From Gemmatimonadales bacterium (GTDB taxonomy: Bacteria; Gemmatimonadota; Gemmatimonadetes; Gemmatimonadales; GWC2-71-9): DNA of 64,000 nt. The notes beneath the pieces were generated by a model. It had not been told where the DNA came from, searched no databases, and worked only from the letters and a program-made list of their open reading frames with translations. This document shows positions 18,810-28,587 of the stretch, one piece after another (position 1 is the first letter of the stretch; each line of letters begins with the position of its first letter). The stretch is taken from the NCBI GenBank assembly GCA_038321865.1, contig JBBQFH010000003.1, positions 78,773 to 142,772 of the forward strand, given 5' to 3'. Made by a program: the position numbers and the translations under genes.

Positions 18810-19334
18810 ATGGCGGGTGCCCGCCACCTGGTGGTGGGTCGGCTGCGGAAGCCGCACGGATTGAAGGGCGAGATCAACGTCTTTCCGCTGACCAGTGAGC
18901 CCGAGGCGGTGCTCGCGGTCGGACGAGAGGTGTGGATCGTCGGGCTGGACGCGGAGGAGGTCGGCGGACCGTTTGCGATCGAGCGCTCGCGCGGGTATCA
19001 CCGCGAGTGGCTGGTAAAGTTTCGCGGGATCGAGCACCGGGATGCGTGGGAGCCCTGGCGGGGACTCTTTCTGGGTGCGCCGGCGGAGACGCTCAAGCCG
19101 CCGGACGGCGACGAGGTCTACCTCCACGAGCTCGAGGGGTTCTCGGTCCGCCACGAGGACGGCACCGCGCTGGGCCTGGTGAGCGCGGTCTACGAGCTGC
19201 CGTCGGGGATCATGATCGAGGTCCAGGGGCCGAAGCGCGAGTTTCTGCTGCCGTACAAGAAGGAGTTCGTCGTCGCCGTGGACCGCGACGCCAGGCGGCT
19301 GACGGTGGCGCCGCCCAACGGACTGCTCGACTGA
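18810..19334 (+). CDS. rimM: Ribosome maturation factor RimM
   Basis: VGRLRKPHGLKGE, YLHELEG, LLPY, plus operon context. Confidence 0.93.
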   Translation: MAGARHLVVGRLRKPHGLKGEINVFPLTSEPEAVLAVGREVWIVGLDAEEVGGPFAIERSRGYHREWLVKFRGIEHRDAWEPWRGLFLGAPAETLKPPDGDEVYLHELEGFSVRHEDGTALGLVSAVYELPSGIMIEVQGPKREFLLPYKKEFVVAVDRDARRLTVAPPNGLLD

Positions 19335-20026
19335 TGATCACGATCGACGTCGTCACGCTGTTTCCCGAGGTGTTCGCGCCGTTCGTCGCCGCGAGCATTC
19401 CCGGGCGGGCGGTTGAGGCGGGGCTGGTGAGCTTCCGGCTGGTCCAGCTGCGAGACTTCACCCACGACCGCCACAATACGGTGGACGACTACGCCTATGG
19501 CGGCGGGGCGGGGATGGTGCTCAAGCCCGAGCCGTTCTTCGAGGCGGTCGAATCGCTGAAGCCGGTCGGGCCGGTGGTGCTGCTGTCGGCGCGGGGCCGG
19601 CGCTTCACCCACGACGACGCGGTGCGGCTCTCGCTGGGCGACCGGATGACGCTGCTCTGCGGGCACTACAAGGACGTGGACCAGCGGGTGGCGGAGGGGT
19701 TGGCGACCGAGGAGCTCTCGATCGGCGACTTCGTGCTCTCGGGTGGTGAGCCGGCGGCGCTCTGTGTGCTCGACGCCGTGGTGCGGCTCCTTCCCGGCGC
19801 CCTGGGCGATCACGAGTCCGCCAGTGGCGATTCGCATTACGACGGGCTGCTGAGCCCGCCAAGCTACACCCGGCCGGCGGAGTATCGCGGCCGAAGCGTA
19901 CCCGACGTGCTGCGGTCGGGCAACCATGCCGGGATCGAGGCGTGGCGTCAGGCGGAGTCGGAGCGCCTGACTCGCGAGCGGCGGCCCGATCTGTGGGCAC
20001 GGCACGAGTCCTTGCACCAGCCCTGA
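19334..20026 (+). CDS. trmD: tRNA (guanine-N1)-methyltransferase
   Basis: [33 protein letters not shown]. Confidence 0.97.
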   Translation: MITIDVVTLFPEVFAPFVAASIPGRAVEAGLVSFRLVQLRDFTHDRHNTVDDYAYGGGAGMVLKPEPFFEAVESLKPVGPVVLLSARGRRFTHDDAVRLSLGDRMTLLCGHYKDVDQRVAEGLATEELSIGDFVLSGGEPAALCVLDAVVRLLPGALGDHESASGDSHYDGLLSPPSYTRPAEYRGRSVPDVLRSGNHAGIEAWRQAESERLTRERRPDLWARHESLHQP

Positions 20027-20055
20027 ACGGGCATTCTCACTGTAGGGGGTTTGCG

Positions 20056-20403
20056 ATGGAGCGGTTGGCGGAAGTGGCCCGGGAGGGCCTGCGCACGGAC
20101 ATGCCGGCGTTCGATCCGGGCGATACGATCCGTGTGATGGTGCGGGTGAAGGAAGGCGAGAAGGAGCGGCTCCAGGCGTTCGAAGGCCTGGTCATCGCCA
20201 AGCGCGGCGGCGGCATCAGCGAGAACTTCACGGTGCGCAAGGTCTCCGCCGGCGTCGGCGTCGAGCGCATCTTCCCCATCCACAGCCCGATCATCTCGTC
20301 GGTGGACGTCGTGCGGCGCGGCAAGGTGCGCCGGGCCAAGCTCTACTATCTCCGTGCGCTCAGCGGCAAGGCCGCGCGCATCAAGGAACGCCGCGAGAGA
20401 TAG
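20056..20403 (+). CDS. rplS: 50S ribosomal protein L19
   Basis: FDPGDTIRV...ERLQAFEG...GVERIFP...RRAKLYYLR. Confidence 0.98.
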   Translation: MERLAEVAREGLRTDMPAFDPGDTIRVMVRVKEGEKERLQAFEGLVIAKRGGGISENFTVRKVSAGVGVERIFPIHSPIISSVDVVRRGKVRRAKLYYLRALSGKAARIKERRER

Positions 20404-20406
20404 GCG

Positions 20407-21060
20407 ATGATCCGCCCCACGCTGGCGCGCGAGCGCGAAGCCTGGGCGGAGGCGCACCTGCTCGTCGGAGTGGACGAGGTCGGCCGCGGCCCGCTGGCAG
20501 GTCCAGTGGTAGCCGCGGCCGTCGTGTTTCCCGCCAGCTGCCGGAGCGTTCCCGGCGTCCGCGACAGCAAGACCCTGCCGATCGAAGCCCGCACCCGACT
20601 CGCCCTGTTGATCCGCCGCCGGGCGCTCGGAGTCGCCCTCGGCGCCGCGTCGGTGCGGGAGATCGACCGGCTCAACATCCGCGTCGCCACCGCGCTCGCC
20701 ATGCGGCGCGCCCTCGTGCGCCTGATCCGCCGCACCCTGTCCGACGGCCGGCCCTACCGGATCATCATCGACGGGCTGCCGCTGCCGGAGGTGGGCTACA
20801 CCCACCGTGCGCTGGTGGATGGCGACGCCCTCTGCATGTCCATCGCCGCGGCGGGCATCGTGGCGAAAACCGTGCGCGACCGGCTCATGCACCGGCTGGC
20901 GGCGCGGCATCCGCTCTACGGCTGGCACACCAACGTGGGCTACGGGACGCTGGCGCATCAGGAAGGCATCCGCGCCCACGGGCCGACCCGGCACCATCGC
21001 CTGACGTTCGCTCCGCTGGCGCAGCTGCCGCTGGATCTGGAATCGTTCATCGCGAACTGA
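20407..21060 (+). CDS. rnhB: Ribonuclease HII
   Basis: GVDEVGRGPLAGPV, DSK, DG, SIAAAGIVAK. Confidence 0.96.
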   Translation: MIRPTLAREREAWAEAHLLVGVDEVGRGPLAGPVVAAAVVFPASCRSVPGVRDSKTLPIEARTRLALLIRRRALGVALGAASVREIDRLNIRVATALAMRRALVRLIRRTLSDGRPYRIIIDGLPLPEVGYTHRALVDGDALCMSIAAAGIVAKTVRDRLMHRLAARHPLYGWHTNVGYGTLAHQEGIRAHGPTRHHRLTFAPLAQLPLDLESFIAN

Positions 21061-21094
21061 GCGCCACTTTCCCGCTCCTTCAGACTGGACCGTC

Positions 21095-23566
21095 ATGTCA
21101 CTCCGCCTGGCCCCGTTCATCGGGCTCCTTTTCGCCGGCACCGTCGCCGCACAGACGCCGGTCCCAGCTCCGGTTCTCGTCTCGAACGCCGAGCGGATGG
21201 CGAACGACCGCTACACCCGCTCCCACGACTACGATCTCGTGCATCAGCGGATCGAGCTGAGCCGGTTCGACTGGGACTCACTGGGATTCGACGGACGGGT
21301 GGCGACGACACTGATCGCCCTCCGGCCCGGACTCGATTCCGTAGTGCTGGATGCCGGGAAGCTGCTCCAGCTGCGGCGGGTCACCGCCGGCACGCGGGCG
21401 CTCACCTATGCCCAGCGTGGCGATACCCTTGTGATCCGGCTGGCACGCCCCGCCACCTTCCGCGATACGGTCCGCTTCACGATCGACTACCACGCCCGCA
21501 TCGAGAATGGCCAGGGGCTGACCTTCAAGAAGGCCGAAGCGGGCCGCGCGCACTACCCGCAGCAGATCTGGAGCCAGGGCGAGGATCACAACAATCACTT
21601 CTGGTTTCCGACCTACGACTTCCCCAACGACAAGATGACCTGGGAGCTCGTCGCCACGTTGCCGTCGGTGTATACCGCCGTCTCCAATGGCCGCCTGGTG
21701 AGCGACACACGCGCCGGCGGGATGCGGACGATGACGTGGTCCCAGGAGAAGCCGTCCGCGACGTACCTGGTATCGCTCGTCGTGGCGCCCCTGGCCAAGA
21801 TCGCCGACAGCTGGCGCGGCATGCCGGTCGATTACTACGTCTACCACGAGGACAGTGCGCTGGCGCGCCCGCTGTTCCGCGTGACACCCGACATGATCGA
21901 GGTCTACTCCCGCCTGACCGGCATACGGTATCCGTGGGCCAAGTACGCCCAGACCACCGTGGCCGACTTTTTCGGCGGCATGGAAAACGTCAGTGCCACG
22001 ACACTGGTGGACTGGCTTCCGGATGCCCGCGCCTATCAGGATCGTCCCTGGTACCAGTACATCCTGATTCCGCACGAGCTGGCGCACCAGTGGTTCGGTG
22101 ACTACGTGACGACCGAGAACTGGGCCAACATGTGGCTTAACGAGGGCTTTGCGGAGTTCATGCCTGGGCAGTACTGGAACGCGAAGCTCGGCCGTCACGC
22201 GGAGGACGATTACTACCTCGACGAGTACCGCCAGTTCCTGCGGATCGATGCGCGGCGGCGGATGCCGCTCGCCGCGCTCGAATCGAACAACATCTATCCC
22301 CGCGGCGCGCTGGTGCTCCGCATGCTGCAGCGCCAGCTCGGCGAGCAGCCCTTCTGGGCCTCGATCAATCATTTCCTGACGACCCACGCGTTCGACAACG
22401 CGGTCACCGACGACCTCCGGCAGTCGGTGCTGGCTGCGACTGGGCGCAATCTCGACTGGTTCTGGGATGAATGGGTGTATCAGGCGGGGTATCCGGAGTT
22501 CACCGTCACGCAGAGCTACGATGCCGGCGCGCGTCGGCTCACCCTCCTGATTCGGCAGACCCAGGCCGATACCGCTACGGCGGATACCACGGGGCTTCGC
22601 TACTCGACGCCGAGGGCCTTCCGGATGCCGGTCACCATTCGCGTGGGCACCGCGCAGGGTGACGTGATCGGCCACGGCGAGCTGCGCACCCGCGAGGATC
22701 CGATCACCGTGAACGGCGTCCAGTCCGAGCCGACGATGGTGGTGTTCGACGACGGCAACACGATCCTGAAGCGTCTCACCTTCGACCAGCCCACGGCCTC
22801 GCTCGCGATGCAGCTCAGCCGGGACCCGGATCTGTGGAACCGTACATGGGTGATCACTGAGCTCGGCAAGCGGACGGCGGACTCGGCGGCCGCAACCGCC
22901 CTGGCCGGCGCGGTCCGCGGCGCCGACTACTACGGCACGCGCGCGGAAGCGGCGTCGGCGCTGATGGGTTTTCCGTCGGCAGTCGCGCTGCCCGTGCTGG
23001 ACGCCGCCCTGCGCGACACCTCTGCGCTGGTTCGGCGCGCCGCGGTCGCGGCGATCGGCGGGCTGTCCGGCGGCGATCCGGCCGCCCTCGCGGCCGTGCG
23101 GAATGCCTGGGACCATGACGCGAGCTATGACGTGCGCGCGGCGGCGCTCGGCGCGATCGCGCGACGCGATACGGCGGGTCGCGCGGCGATCATCCGCACC
23201 GGTCTCACCACCCCGTCCTATCAGGATGCGATCCAGAATGCCGCGCTAGGCGCCGCGGGGTTTTTCGCCGGCGCGGTACCCGCGTCGGAGCTGGAGCCGC
23301 TGCTCGGTACCACGCTGAATGCCGCCTTCGTGCTCGCCGGCATGGCGTCGAGGGGGGACACCGCCGCGATGCAGATCCTGGTGCGGCACCTTGATGAGGA
23401 TCGCGCCTGGGTGCGCGACTGGTCGCTCCAGGCGATCCGGCAGGGGATGCCTGCGGCGCTCGCGCTCGCCCAGCTCGATGCGGCAACCACCAGTCTCCGG
23501 CACGCCGACACGAAATCCGCCGTGGCGCGAGCGATCGCCGAGCTGAGGAAGCCGGCGGCCCCATGA
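21095..23566 (+). CDS. Secreted M1-family aminopeptidase with C-terminal HEAT repeats
   Basis: Signal peptide, GGMEN, HELAHQW...NEG, and Ala-rich HEAT-like repeats. Confidence 0.92.
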   Translation: MSLRLAPFIGLLFAGTVAAQTPVPAPVLVSNAERMANDRYTRSHDYDLVHQRIELSRFDWDSLGFDGRVATTLIALRPGLDSVVLDAGKLLQLRRVTAGTRALTYAQRGDTLVIRLARPATFRDTVRFTIDYHARIENGQGLTFKKAEAGRAHYPQQIWSQGEDHNNHFWFPTYDFPNDKMTWELVATLPSVYTAVSNGRLVSDTRAGGMRTMTWSQEKPSATYLVSLVVAPLAKIADSWRGMPVDYYVYHEDSALARPLFRVTPDMIEVYSRLTGIRYPWAKYAQTTVADFFGGMENVSATTLVDWLPDARAYQDRPWYQYILIPHELAHQWFGDYVTTENWANMWLNEGFAEFMPGQYWNAKLGRHAEDDYYLDEYRQFLRIDARRRMPLAALESNNIYPRGALVLRMLQRQLGEQPFWASINHFLTTHAFDNAVTDDLRQSVLAATGRNLDWFWDEWVYQAGYPEFTVTQSYDAGARRLTLLIRQTQADTATADTTGLRYSTPRAFRMPVTIRVGTAQGDVIGHGELRTREDPITVNGVQSEPTMVVFDDGNTILKRLTFDQPTASLAMQLSRDPDLWNRTWVITELGKRTADSAAATALAGAVRGADYYGTRAEAASALMGFPSAVALPVLDAALRDTSALVRRAAVAAIGGLSGGDPAALAAVRNAWDHDASYDVRAAALGAIARRDTAGRAAIIRTGLTTPSYQDAIQNAALGAAGFFAGAVPASELEPLLGTTLNAAFVLAGMASRGDTAAMQILVRHLDEDRAWVRDWSLQAIRQGMPAALALAQLDAATTSLRHADTKSAVARAIAELRKPAAP

Positions 23567-24945
23567 GCCGTCTCGGCATCATGGTGCTGGTGGCGGCCGG
23601 ACTCTGCGGTCCGGCCCGCGCCACCGGGCAGGTGCCGTCCGACACTGCCCTGGTTAGGTCGGTCGACTCGATGGCTCGCGCCATGCTCGCGTCGGGTCCG
23701 GTCGCCGGGATGTCGATTCTGGTCCGCCGAGGCAGCCATACGATCGTGGACAAGGGGTACGGACTCGCCGATGTGGAGAACGGCGTGGCCGCCACGCCGC
23801 AGAGCGTCTACCGCATCGGCTCGATCACGAAGCAGTTCACCGCAGCGGCGGTGATGCAGCTGGCGGAGCAGGGGAAGCTGTCGCTTGACGATGACATCAC
23901 GAAGTATCTGCCGACTCTCCCGGTGCAGGGACGCCACGTGCTCATCCGGCAGCTCCTCAATCACACCTCGGGCATCAAGAGCTACACCGGACTCGGCCCA
24001 AGGTGGTTCCGGCTCCTGCCGCTGGAGCTGTCGCCGGACAGCATCGTGGGGCTGGTCGCGCATGAGCCCTTCGACTTCGAGCCCGGTACCAACTGGCGAT
24101 ACGACAATACCGGGTACGTCATCCTGGGCATGCTGATCGAGAAGGCATCGGGGCAGAAGTACGCTGACTACCTGCGCGATCACGTGACCGGGCCTCTCGG
24201 GCTGAGCGCCACGGTGTATTGCGACGAGCGGCCGATCATCCCGCACCGCGCCACCGGCTACGAGGTCGAGAGTGGAAAGCTGGTGAACGACACACCGATC
24301 CATATGTCACAGCCGTTCGCGGCCGGCGCGCTTTGCTCGACCACCGGTGATCTCGCCAGCTGGTCGCGGGCGCTCGCCGGTGGCCGGGTCGTCAGCGCCG
24401 CATCATACGCGCGGATGTCGACGCCCGACACGCTGACGACCGGACGGCGCCTCGCCTACGGCTTCGGCCTGGGCGCCGGCGAGCTCGAGGGTCATCATGT
24501 GGTGTCCCACGGAGGCGGGATTCCGGGGTTCGTGTCGATGCTGGCCACCTATCCGGCGGACAGTCTCACCGTTGTGGTGTTGGTCACTACGGAGGGTCCT
24601 GCGGCTGATCTGCTGGCAGGGCGAATTGCCCGGCGCGCGCTGGGCATCCGCGCGCCCGTCGTGCGGGCGGCGCCGCTGACCCCGGGCGAACGCGCGGCCG
24701 TCGTCGGAACCTATCGGCAGGGCGCGGATTCGGTGCGGGTGTATGAGGCAGGCGGGAAGTTGATGATGGCCGAGCCCCACGAATCGCCAGTGGAGCTGAT
24801 TCCGATCGCGGGCGGGAGGCTGATGGCCGCTGGCCGGCCCGACGACAGGCTGACGTTCGAGGTCACCGCCGGGCGAATGACGCTCCGCATCGACTACGCG
24901 TCGGAAGCGCCGTTTCGCGGGGAGCGCGTCGGGCGGCCGCGCTAA
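23563..24945 (+). CDS. Secreted serine hydrolase (beta-lactamase class C / PBP-like)
   Basis: SxxK (SITK), YxN (YDN), HGG. Confidence 0.9.
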   Translation: MSRLGIMVLVAAGLCGPARATGQVPSDTALVRSVDSMARAMLASGPVAGMSILVRRGSHTIVDKGYGLADVENGVAATPQSVYRIGSITKQFTAAAVMQLAEQGKLSLDDDITKYLPTLPVQGRHVLIRQLLNHTSGIKSYTGLGPRWFRLLPLELSPDSIVGLVAHEPFDFEPGTNWRYDNTGYVILGMLIEKASGQKYADYLRDHVTGPLGLSATVYCDERPIIPHRATGYEVESGKLVNDTPIHMSQPFAAGALCSTTGDLASWSRALAGGRVVSAASYARMSTPDTLTTGRRLAYGFGLGAGELEGHHVVSHGGGIPGFVSMLATYPADSLTVVVLVTTEGPAADLLAGRIARRALGIRAPVVRAAPLTPGERAAVVGTYRQGADSVRVYEAGGKLMMAEPHESPVELIPIAGGRLMAAGRPDDRLTFEVTAGRMTLRIDYASEAPFRGERVGRPR

Positions 24946-25643
24946 CGGCTGGCGAGCAGCTCGGTTGCCAGCGACTGGAGCGCTGCCGCGGCTGACTTCT
25001 CGTCTCGGCCGTGCGGCATCAGATGGATAGCAGTGGTTCCGGACAGGCGCTCGATCGCCGCGGCGTTGCCGCCGGTCGAACCGTCGGGTTGCTCGGGCGC
25101 ATTGAGCACGATGCCCGCCACCGGCACACCGCCGATTTCGAGTGCGCTCAGCGTAAGCAGTGCATGGCTGATGGTGCCGAGCCGATCAAGTCCCACCACG
25201 AGGGCCCGGGCCTCAAGCGCCTGCGCCAGATCTACGAGGTTCCAGTCCCACCCAATCGGCGCCAGCAGCCCGCCGGATCCCTCGACGATGGCCACATCGA
25301 CCCCCGCCGCGTAGCCTTCGATCCACATCAAAATGTCATCGAAATCCAGCGTGATTCCCTCCCGCTCGGCCGCCACGGCGGGCGCCACCTGCGCCGCGAA
25401 GCGCAGGAGAGCTGTGGCAGGCTCCCGCTGGCCGGTCGCGCGGGCGAGCAGCACCCCGTCCTCGCCGCCCGGCGCCGACTCGTAGCCGGTCTCGACTACC
25501 TTCATCGCGACGACGCGGTGCCCGGCCGCGATGAGCGCGCGCGCCAGCGCCGCGGCGATCCAGGTCTTGCCGACTCCGGTGTCGGTGCCGGTGACGACGA
25601 GCACGTTCGAACGTGCTCGATTCGGTGAGACGGCGACAGTCAC
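24942..25643 (-). CDS. bioD: Dethiobiotin synthase
   Basis: VTGTDTGVGKT, VEGSGG, LGTISH. Confidence 0.93.
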   Translation of the reverse strand: MTVAVSPNRARSNVLVVTGTDTGVGKTWIAAALARALIAAGHRVVAMKVVETGYESAPGGEDGVLLARATGQREPATALLRFAAQVAPAVAAEREGITLDFDDILMWIEGYAAGVDVAIVEGSGGLLAPIGWDWNLVDLAQALEARALVVGLDRLGTISHALLTLSALEIGGVPVAGIVLNAPEQPDGSTGGNAAAIERLSGTTAIHLMPHGRDEKSAAAALQSLATELLASR

Positions 25644-25773
25644 AATTCACTCCCACACAGAGGCTCGGGGATCCGGAGGGAGACTATCCCGCACAGCGGA
25701 CCCGGGCAAGGCGGCGCACGTCTTGAGTTTGGCCGTGCGGCGTGCGACGTTTGAGCGTCCGCGCTCAGCGGGC

Positions 25774-25846
25774 GGGGGCGTAGCTCAGCTGGTAGAGCAA
25801 GGGACTTTTAATCCCTAGGTCGTGGGTTCGAGTCCCACCGCCCTCA
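25774..25846 (+). tRNA. tRNA-Lys (anticodon TTT)
   Basis: Acceptor stem GGGGGCG/CGCCCTC, D arm TAGCTCAGCTGGTAGAGC, anticodon arm AGGGA-CTTTTAA-TCCCT, T loop GGTTCGAGTCC. CCA is not encoded. Confidence 0.97.
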
Positions 25847-25858
25847 TGAGTGTTCCTC

Positions 25859-25877
25859 CTGCTGACCGCGTCAGCAG
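25859..25877. terminator. Hairpin between tRNA-Lys and the convergent gene
   Basis: CTGCTGAC-CGC-GTCAGCAG. Confidence 0.45.
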
Positions 25878-25880
25878 CTC

Positions 25881-26264
25881 TCAATCGCTCCAACTCAATC
25901 CGATGGTATAGGTTTGGGTGGATCCAATTATGGTCACGACCGTGGCGAGGCCCAGGAATACGAGCCCGGCCGTTCCCAGCACATTCGTCCGGCGGGTCGC
26001 CAGCAGTCGTATATCAGCCAGCGGAAGCCGAACCGCCCCGCGAGGCGAGTCGCCGATGAGCGTGTCCCCGCTGATCCGGGGTTGCGACACGACGATCTCG
26101 CGTGCATCCGCCAGCGTGACGCGAACAAGCACCGGTGGCGTCGTGTCCAATAGCTCCCGGGGGGTCGCTGCTTGTACTCGCCAATTGACGCACCCGGCAA
26201 CCTGCATGACGAGAAGTACGCCGGATGCCGACTTCCGCAGTCCAACCATCGTCGAGTGAGGCAT
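25881..26264 (-). CDS. Hypothetical lipoprotein with C-terminal TM helix
   Basis: GGGAG SD, lipobox-like VAGC, hydrophobic C-terminus. Confidence 0.65.
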   Translation of the reverse strand: MPHSTMVGLRKSASGVLLVMQVAGCVNWRVQAATPRELLDTTPPVLVRVTLADAREIVVSQPRISGDTLIGDSPRGAVRLPLADIRLLATRRTNVLGTAGLVFLGLATVVTIIGSTQTYTIGLSWSD

Positions 26265-26409
26265 CGTGTTCTCCCGGAAAGGGGTGCTCGATCCTACCGG
26301 TGCCGCGTCAAGCGTCAGTCAAGCACATGCCTTCACTGGGTCGATGGCTCCATAACAGCCTCTGTCAGTCCCTTTTTCGGCGCCTCTCATTCAGCGAGCG
26401 AATCAAGTC

Positions 26410-26925
26410 ATGACCCACACAGCCGTACACTCGCACGCCCTCTCCGCCGGCACCCCGGCACCCGACTTCACGCTCCACGCCACTCCCGATCAGCGCACCT
26501 CGCTCGACGAGTTCCGGGGACACCCTGTGATCCTGGCGTTCTACCCCGCCGACTGGAGCCCAGTGTGCGGCGATCAGATGGCGCTGTACAACGAGCTGCG
26601 CTCGGAGTTCCGCCGTTTTCACGCGGAAGTCATCGGCATCTCCGTCGACGGTGCCTGGTGTCACGCGGCGTTCAAGGAGGCGCGGCACCTGCATTTGCCA
26701 CTGCTCAGCGACTTCGAGCCGAAGGGGGCCGTGGCGCGTCAGTACGGCGTCTATCGCCCGGACGACGGCACGACGGAGCGCGCCCTGTTCGTCATTGATG
26801 GGGACGGAATCATTCGCTGGAGCTTCGTGTCTCCGGTCGGGGTAAACCCCGGCGCCGATGGCATCCTCGAGGCGCTGGAAGCGCTGGGCGATGCCGACCC
26901 CGTCGTCCCCGCACGGGCCCAATGA
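26410..26925 (+). CDS. Peroxiredoxin (AhpC/TSA, AhpE-like)
   Basis: APDFTL, FYPADWSPVC, GISVD, LLSDFEPKG, ERALFVID. Confidence 0.9.
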   Translation: MTHTAVHSHALSAGTPAPDFTLHATPDQRTSLDEFRGHPVILAFYPADWSPVCGDQMALYNELRSEFRRFHAEVIGISVDGAWCHAAFKEARHLHLPLLSDFEPKGAVARQYGVYRPDDGTTERALFVIDGDGIIRWSFVSPVGVNPGADGILEALEALGDADPVVPARAQ

Positions 26926-27476
26926 GCCCGGGTGGCCTGGCGCCGCCGGTCGGCCAGCCGGATCACGTTCAGGGAGCGGAGGACGCCGCCATCACCCTTG
27001 TCGAGTATGGGGACTACGAGTGTCCGCACTGCGGCCGCGCCTACCCGATCATCAAGCTTGTGCAGCGGCGCCTTGCCGCCGATCTGCGATTCGTCTTCCG
27101 CAACTTCCCGCTGGGCGACGCCCATCCGCACGCCCAGCACGCCGCTGAAGCGGCCGAATCGGTGGCCGCGCACGCCGGCGATCAAGCCTTCTGGGCGATG
27201 CATGATCTGATCTACCAGCATCAGCAGGACGGTCCCGATGCCCTGGACGACGCGTCGCTGGTTGCGCTGGCGCGCCGCGCCGGCGCTGATGCGCATGCGG
27301 TCGCGGATGATCTGCGGTTTGGGCGTTATGCGGCGCGAGTGCGGGAGGACTTCATGAGCGGCGTGCGCAGCGGGGTGAACGGCACGCCGACCTTCTTCAT
27401 CAATGGCATTCGGCACGATGGTCCGTGGGACGAGGAGAGCTTGGTTGCGGCGCTCCAGGCAGCGGCCGAGCGCTAG
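26922..27476 (+). CDS. DsbA-family thioredoxin-fold protein
   Basis: EYGDYECPHC, FRNFPL, GVNGTPTFFING. Confidence 0.92.
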   Translation: MSPGGLAPPVGQPDHVQGAEDAAITLVEYGDYECPHCGRAYPIIKLVQRRLAADLRFVFRNFPLGDAHPHAQHAAEAAESVAAHAGDQAFWAMHDLIYQHQQDGPDALDDASLVALARRAGADAHAVADDLRFGRYAARVREDFMSGVRSGVNGTPTFFINGIRHDGPWDEESLVAALQAAAER

Positions 27477-27483
27477 AGGTCCG

Positions 27484-28029
27484 CTAGACGCCCGCTTCCT
27501 GGTGGCCCGGCTTCCGGTTGGTCCGGTGACCGCGCCCGCCCTTCTTGGCCCGGCTGCGGGACAGCAGGTCCTCGAAGTCGGTGCGCAGCCCTTCGACCAT
27601 CCAGTCCAGCACGCGCAGCAGTTCCTTCACGTTATCGCCCTTGGCCAGCTCGGACAGCTGCCAGCTTGCCTTGTCGCCCGATTTCGCCGGATCAAACCCG
27701 CCCTTCGGCAGCACCGAGAGCTTGTGAGCAAGCTCGCCGAGGAACGCCTGCTTCGCCTCGGGCTCGCCGGCCGGCAAGCGGCTCGACAGCTGACGAAAGA
27801 GGATGGACACCAGCCCGTTGGTCTGGCAGGTGAGCAGCTTCTGCTCCTGCACGCCGATCTTGACGTAGCCGACCATCGAATCGCTGGTCGGACTGCTGCT
27901 CCAGCGCAGGATCACGCCGTGGGCACGTGCCCATGAGCTGATCCGCTCAGCCACGTCGGTCTCGGCCGGGTGCTCGAGCTTGAGTCGCTCGGTGAATGCG
28001 GCGCGGCTGCCAGTAGATTTCGTTGCCAT
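27484..28029 (-). CDS. Hypothetical protein
   Basis: Globular-looking ORF from MATKSTGS with host-like codon usage and a basic tail. No motif recognised. Confidence 0.65.
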   Translation of the reverse strand: MATKSTGSRAAFTERLKLEHPAETDVAERISSWARAHGVILRWSSSPTSDSMVGYVKIGVQEQKLLTCQTNGLVSILFRQLSSRLPAGEPEAKQAFLGELAHKLSVLPKGGFDPAKSGDKASWQLSELAKGDNVKELLRVLDWMVEGLRTDFEDLLSRSRAKKGGRGHRTNRKPGHQEAGV

Positions 28030-28159
28030 ATTGAAAGTCACCGGTTCGAGGCGGTCCAACGGTGGCGGCGTCGCAGCCCCCACCAGAGGTGAAAGATACC
28101 CCCGCGGACGCCGCGGCGCCTCCCCGCGATCTCGTACCATCACCCCTGGGAGTGTTACC

Positions 28160-28471
28160 GTGACGGCAGCCGCTGTGATGATGCGCCATGAGAAGGATGC
28201 CGTTTCGGCCTTTCGCGCGGCGGGAGCCCTGACGGCCGACCGCGCCCGGTCCCTGGAATCGCTGGGTCTCCGCCACGATCACGCGATCCGCCGGCTCGAG
28301 ACTCGTGCGGTGCTCCGTGCCGGTACTCAGCCTGGTACCCTCTATCTCGATGAACCAAGCTGGGTTGCGCTCCGCGGCATCCGGCGTCGGTTCCTGCTGG
28401 TCCTCATCATCATCGCGCTGGGGCTGGCCTTCACAACCTGGTACGCCGCCGCCCACAGCCGCGGAGTCTGA
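28160..28471 (+). CDS. Small hypothetical membrane protein
   Basis: GGGAG SD, wHTH-like body (LYLDEPSW), C-terminal TM helix. Start uncertain. Confidence 0.6.
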   Translation: MTAAAVMMRHEKDAVSAFRAAGALTADRARSLESLGLRHDHAIRRLETRAVLRAGTQPGTLYLDEPSWVALRGIRRRFLLVLIIIALGLAFTTWYAAAHSRGV

Positions 28472-28587
28472 TCCGGGGAAGGCCACTCTGCAACCCGCGG
28501 GGCGGCCCATGCGTATAGGGCAGGGTTGTCCCGCCGAAGTCCGACGCCGGCCCGATCGCCGGCCCACATGGAGCCCATTCGCGCCTT

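Noticed and set aside
19657..19690. TrmD motif [10 protein letters not shown] in place of CGRYEGIDER
   Set aside because: HYK-type variants are, as I recall, common in FCB-group TrmD. It is a lineage trait and not a sign of inactivation.
28040..28090. tRNA-like fragment (GGTTCGAG...CCCCCACCA)
   Set aside because: Spacing and stems do not form a T arm or acceptor stem, and it does not match either tRNA in the window.
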